Assembly (NCBI GenBank): GCA_964016885.1
Contig: OZ024744.1
Span: 133,424,001 to 133,488,000 of the forward strand
Length of the DNA stretch: 64,000 nucleotides
Origin: Eledone cirrhosa
Taxonomy: Eukaryota
Reading direction: 5' to 3'
Below the pieces are notes generated by a model. That model was not told the DNA's origin and did not search any database. It saw only the letters and a list, made by a program, of their open reading frames with translations. The stretch's first letter is position 1. Each line of letters starts with the position of its first letter. Both the position numbers and the translations under genes were made by a program. Below, piece after piece: positions 60,001 to 64,000 of the stretch.

Positions 60001-63000
60001 GTTGGGTTTGAGTTAAGTTGGGGTTGAGTTAATTTAGGGTTAAGTTAAGTTGGGGTTAAGTTAAGTTGGGTTTCAGTTAAGTTGGGGTTAAGTTAAGTTG
60101 GGGTCAAGTTAAGTTGGGGTTAAGTTAAGTTGGGGTTAAGTCAAGTTGGGGTTAAGTTAAGTTAGGGTTAATTTAGTTGGGGTTAAGTTAAGTTGGGGCT
60201 AAGTTAAGTTGGGGCTAAGTTAAGTTGGGGCTAAGTTAAGTTGGGGTTAAGTTAAGTTGGGGTTAAGTTAAGGTGGGGTTAATTTAAGTTGGGGTCAACT
60301 TAAATTGGGGTTAAGTTAAGTTGGGGTTAAGTTAAGTTGGGGTTAAGTTAAGTTGGGGTTAAGTTAAGTTGGGGTTAAGTTAAGTTGGGGCTAAGTTAAG
60401 TTGGGGCTGAGTTAAGTTGGGGCTGAGTTAAGTTGGGGTTAAGTTAAGTTGGGGTTGAGTTAAGTTGGGGTTAAGTTAAGTTGGGGTTAAGTTAAGTTGG
60501 GGTTAAGTTAAGTTGGGGTTAAGTTAAGTTGGGGTTGAGTTAACTTGGGGTTAAGTTAAGTTGGGGTTAAGTTAAGTTGGGGTTCAGTTAAGTTGGGGTT
60601 AAGTTAAATTGGGGTTAAGTTAAGTTGGGGTTAAGTTAAGTTGGGGTTAAGTTAAGTTGGGGTTAAGTTAGATTGTGGTTAAGTTAAGTTGGGGTTAATT
60701 TAAGTTTGGGTTAAGTTAAGTTGGGGTTAAGTTAAGGCGGGGTTAAGTTGAGTTGGGGTTAAGTTAAGTTGGGGTTAAGTTAAGTTGGGGGTACTTAAGT
60801 TGGGTTTAAGTTAAGTGGGGTTAAGTTAAGTTGGGGTTAAGTTAAGTTGGGGTTAAGTTAAGTTGGGGTTAAGTTAGGTTGTGGTTAAGTTAAGTTGGGG
60901 GTAAGTTAAGTTGGGGGTAAGTTAAGTTGGGGTTAATTTAAGTTGGGTCTAATTAAGTTGGGGTTAAGTTAAGTTGGGGTTAAGTTAAGTTGGGGTTGAG
61001 TTAATTTGGGGTTAACTTAAGTTGGGGGTACTTAAGTTGGGTTTAAGTTAAGTGGGGTTAAGTTAAGTTGGGGTTAAGTTAAGTTGGGGTTAAGTTAAGT
61101 TGGGGGTAAGTTAAGTTGGGGGTAAGTTAAGTTGGGGTTAATTTAAGTTGGGTCAAATTAAGTTGGGGTTAAGTTAAGTTGGGGTTAAGTTAAGTTGGCG
61201 TTAAATTAAGTTGGGGTTAAGTTAAGTTGGGGTTAAATTAAGTTGGGGTTAAGTTAAGTTGGGGTTAAGTTAAGTTGGGGTTAAGTTAAGTTGGGGGTAA
61301 GTTAAGTTGGTGGTAAGTTAAGTTGGGGGTAAGTTAAGATGGGGTAAGTTAAGTTGGGTTTAAGTTAATTTGGGGTTAAGTTAGGGTTAAGTTAAGTTGG
61401 GGTTGAGTTAAGTTGGGGTTAAGTTAAGTTGGGGTTATGTTAAATTGGAGTTAAGTTGGGGTTAAGTTGAGTTGGGGTTCAGTTAAGTTGCGGTTGATTT
61501 AAGTTGGGGTTAAGTTAAGTTGGGGTTAAGTTAAGTTGGGGTTAAGTTAAGTTGGGGTTAATTTAAGTTGGGGTTAAGTTAAGTTGGGGTTAAATTAAGT
61601 TGGGGTTAAGATAAGTTGGGGTTAAGTTAAGTTGGGGTTGAGTTAAGTTGGGGTTGAGTTAATTTGGGGTTAACTTAAGTTGGGGGTACTTAAGTAGGAT
61701 TTAAGTTAAGTGGGGTTAAGTTAGGTTGTGGTTAAGTTAAGTTGGGGGTAAGTTAAGTTGGGGGTAAGTTAAGTTGGGGTTAATTTAAGTTGGGTCTAAT
61801 TAAGTTGGGGTTAAGTTAAGTTGGGGTTAAGTTAAGTTGGGGTTAAATTAAGTTGGGGTTAAGTTAAGTTGAGGTTAAATTAAGTTGGGGTTAAGTTAAG
61901 TTGGGGTTAAGTTAAGTTGGGGTTAAATTAAGTTGGGGTTAAGTTAAGTTGAGGTTAAATTAAGTTGGGGTTAAGTTAAGTTGGGGTTAAGTTAAGTTGG
62001 GGTTAAGTTAAGTTGGGGTTAAATTAAGTTGGGGTTAAATTAAGTTGGGGTTAAGTTAAGTTGGGGGTAAGTTAAGTTGGGGGCAAGTTAAGTTGGGGTT
62101 AATTTAAGTTGGGGTTAAATTAAGTTGGGGTTAAGTTAAGTTGGGGTTAAGTTAAGTGGTGGTTATGTTAAGTTGGGGTTAAGTTAAGTTGGGGTTGAGT
62201 TAAGTTGGGGTTGAGTGAAGTTGGGGTTAAGTTAAGTTGGGGTTAATTTATGTTGGGTTTAAGTTAAGTCGGGGTTAAGTTAAGTTGGGGTTGAGTTAAG
62301 TTGGGGTTAATTTAAGTTGGGGCTAAGTTAATTTGTGGTTAAGTTAAGTTGGGGTTAAGTTAAGTTGGGGTTAAGTTAAGTTGGGGTTAAGTTAGGTTGT
62401 GGTTAATTTAAGTTGGGTCTAATTAAGTTGGGGTTAAGTTAAGTTGGGGTTAAGTTAAGTTGGGGTGGAGTTAATTTGGGGTTAACTTAAGTTGGGGGTA
62501 CTTAAGTTGGGTTTAAGTTAAGTGGGGTTAAGTTAAGTTGGGGTTAAGTTAAGTTGGGGTTAAGTTAAGTTGGGGGTAAGTTAAGTTGGGGGTAAGTTAA
62601 GTTGGGGTTAATTTAAGTTGGGTCAAATTAAGTTGGGGTTAATTTAAGTTGGGGTTAAGTTAAGTTGGAGTTAAATTAAGTTGGGGTTAAGTTAAGTTGG
62701 GGTTAAATTAAGTTGGGGTTAAGTTAAGTTGGGGTTAAGTTAAGTTGGGGTTAAGTTAAGTTGGGGGTAAGTTAAGTTGGTGGTAAGTTAAGTTGGGGGT
62801 AAGTTAAGATGGGGTTAAGTTAAGTTGGGGTTAAGTTAATTTGGGGTTAGGGTTAAGTTAAGTTGGGTTGAGTTAAGTTGGGGTTAAATTAAGATGGGGT
62901 TAAGTTAAGTTGGGGTTAAGTTGGGGTTAAGTTAAGTTAGGGTTAAGTTAAGTTGGGGTTAAGTTGAGTTGGGGTTAAGTTAAGTTGCGGTTAATTTAAG

Positions 63001-64000
63001 TTGGGGTTAATTTAAGTTGGGGTTAAGTTAAGTTGGGGTGAAGTTAAGTTGGGGTTAAGTTAAGTTGGGGTTAAGTTAAGTTGGGGTTTAGTTAAGTTGG
63101 GGTTAAATTAAGTTGGGGTTAAGTTAAGTTGGGGTTAAGTTAAGTTGGGGTTAAGTTAAGATGGGGTTAAGTTAAGTTGGGGTTAAGTTGGGGTTAAGTT
63201 AAGTTAGGGTTAAGTTAAGTTGGGGTTGAGTTAAGTTGGGGTTAAGTTAAGTGGTGGTTATGTTAAGTTGGGGTTAAGTTAAGTTGGGGTTAATTTAAAT
63301 TGGGGTTAAGTTAACTTTGTGGTTAAGTTAAGTTGGGGTTAAGTTAAGTTGGGGTTAAGTTAAGTTGGGGCTGAGTTAAGTTGGGGATGAGTGAAGTTGG
63401 GGTTAAGTTAAGTTGGGGTTAAGTTAAGTTGGCGTTAAGTTAAGTTGGGTTTGAGTTAAGTTGGGGTTGAGTTAATTTAGGGTTAAGTTAAGTTGGGGTT
63501 AAGTTAAGTTGGGTTTCAGTTAAGTTGGGGTTAAGTTAAGTTGGGGTCAAGTTAAGTTGGGGTTAAGTTAAGTTGGGGTTAAGTCAAGTTGGGGTTAAGT
63601 TAAGTTAGGGTTAATTTAGTTGGGGTTAAGTTAAGTTGGGGCTAAGTTAATTTGGGGCTAAGTTAAGTTGGGGCTAAGTTAAGTTGGGGTTAAGTTAAGT
63701 TGGGATTAAGTTAAGGTGGGGTTAATTTAAGTTGGGGTCAACTTAAATTGGGGTTAAGTTAAGTTGGGGTTAAGTTAAGTTGGGGTTAAATTAAGTTGGG
63801 GTTAAGTTAAGTTGGGGTTAAGTTAAGTTGGGGCTAAGTTAAGTTGGGCTGAGTTAAGTTGGGGCTGAGTTAAGTTGGGGTTAAGTTAAGTTGGGGTTGA
63901 GTTAAGTTGGGGTTAAGTTAAGTTGGGGTTAAGTTAAGTTGGGGTTAAGTTGGGGTTAAGTTAAGTTAGGGTTAAGTTAAGTTGGGGTTGAGTTAAGTTG
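48100..64000 (+). repeat. Copy 2 of the ~16-17-kb segmental duplication (runs off the window end)
   Basis: It is collinear with 24270-41324 by the marker offsets listed for copy 1. Confidence 0.9.

Larger units (their letters stand above)
1..64000 (+). repeat. Tandem satellite array of a 16-bp monomer (TTAAGTTAAGTTGGGG)n, ~4,000 copies, head-to-tail, telomere-like G-rich strand on +; extends past both window edges
   Basis: Every line reads as ttggggttaagttaag with scattered substitutions and short indels. The consensus is T6 A4 G6 C0 (37.5% GC, extreme G-over-C skew). I saw no inversion to the C-rich orientation and no non-repeat insertion. Confidence 0.99.

Noticed and set aside
1-64000. 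Protein-coding ORFs on either strand
   Set aside because: TTAA gives TAA on both strands twice per 16 bp, and 16 is not a multiple of 3, so all six frames hit stops within tens of bases.
1-64000. CRISPR array or other repeat-spacer system
   Set aside because: There are no unique spacers. The monomers abut directly, and the variation is point mutation copied in blocks.
1-64000. Canonical Tetrahymena (TTGGGG)n, vertebrate-type (TTAGGG)n or insect (TTAGG)n telomere
   Set aside because: These motifs occur only as isolated modules within the 16-mer and never as homogeneous runs, so no taxon can be assigned from them.
1-64000. TTAA as piggyBac target-site duplications or transposon ends
   Set aside because: TTAA is intrinsic to the monomer, and there are no terminal inverted repeats or transposase sequence.
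1-64000. Pure sequencing or basecalling artefact
   Set aside because: Rare variants recur in the same order at exact multi-kb offsets with a consistent nested history, which random errors would not produce. Copy number and individual junctions could still be misassembled.
1-64000. Variant pattern as an encoded message or programmed diversification cassette
   Set aside because: Nested duplication of neutral mutations explains the pattern, and nothing in the window supports a coding or templating function.

Overview
The whole 64-kb window is one uninterrupted, single-orientation tandem repeat of a 16-bp monomer, consensus TTAAG-TTAAG-TTGGGG (about 4,000 copies). The + strand is G/T-rich and almost free of C. 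I found no unique sequence, gene, transposon, RNA gene or CRISPR array, and TAA stops recur in all six frames. The monomer looks telomere-like (a TTGGGG module plus two TTAGG-like TTAAG modules, with scattered exact TTAGGG). However, its rare variants recur in fixed order and define a nested higher-order repeat (HOR) hierarchy: a ~220-bp cassette, 1.1-1.7-kb local duplications, a ~3.2-kb HOR (3203/3219/3227 bp), a ~6.1-kb HOR dimer duplication, a ~9-kb duplication (offsets 10539/9078/8998) and a 16-17-kb duplication at offset 23,829. This points to amplification by recombination or rolling-circle copying of existing DNA, not de novo telomerase synthesis. It is most plausibly a eukaryotic telomere-like, subtelomeric or centromeric satellite. 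The organism and chromosomal position cannot be determined from this window. All offsets were counted by hand from marker variants, and breakpoints are approximate because they fall in consensus tracts.
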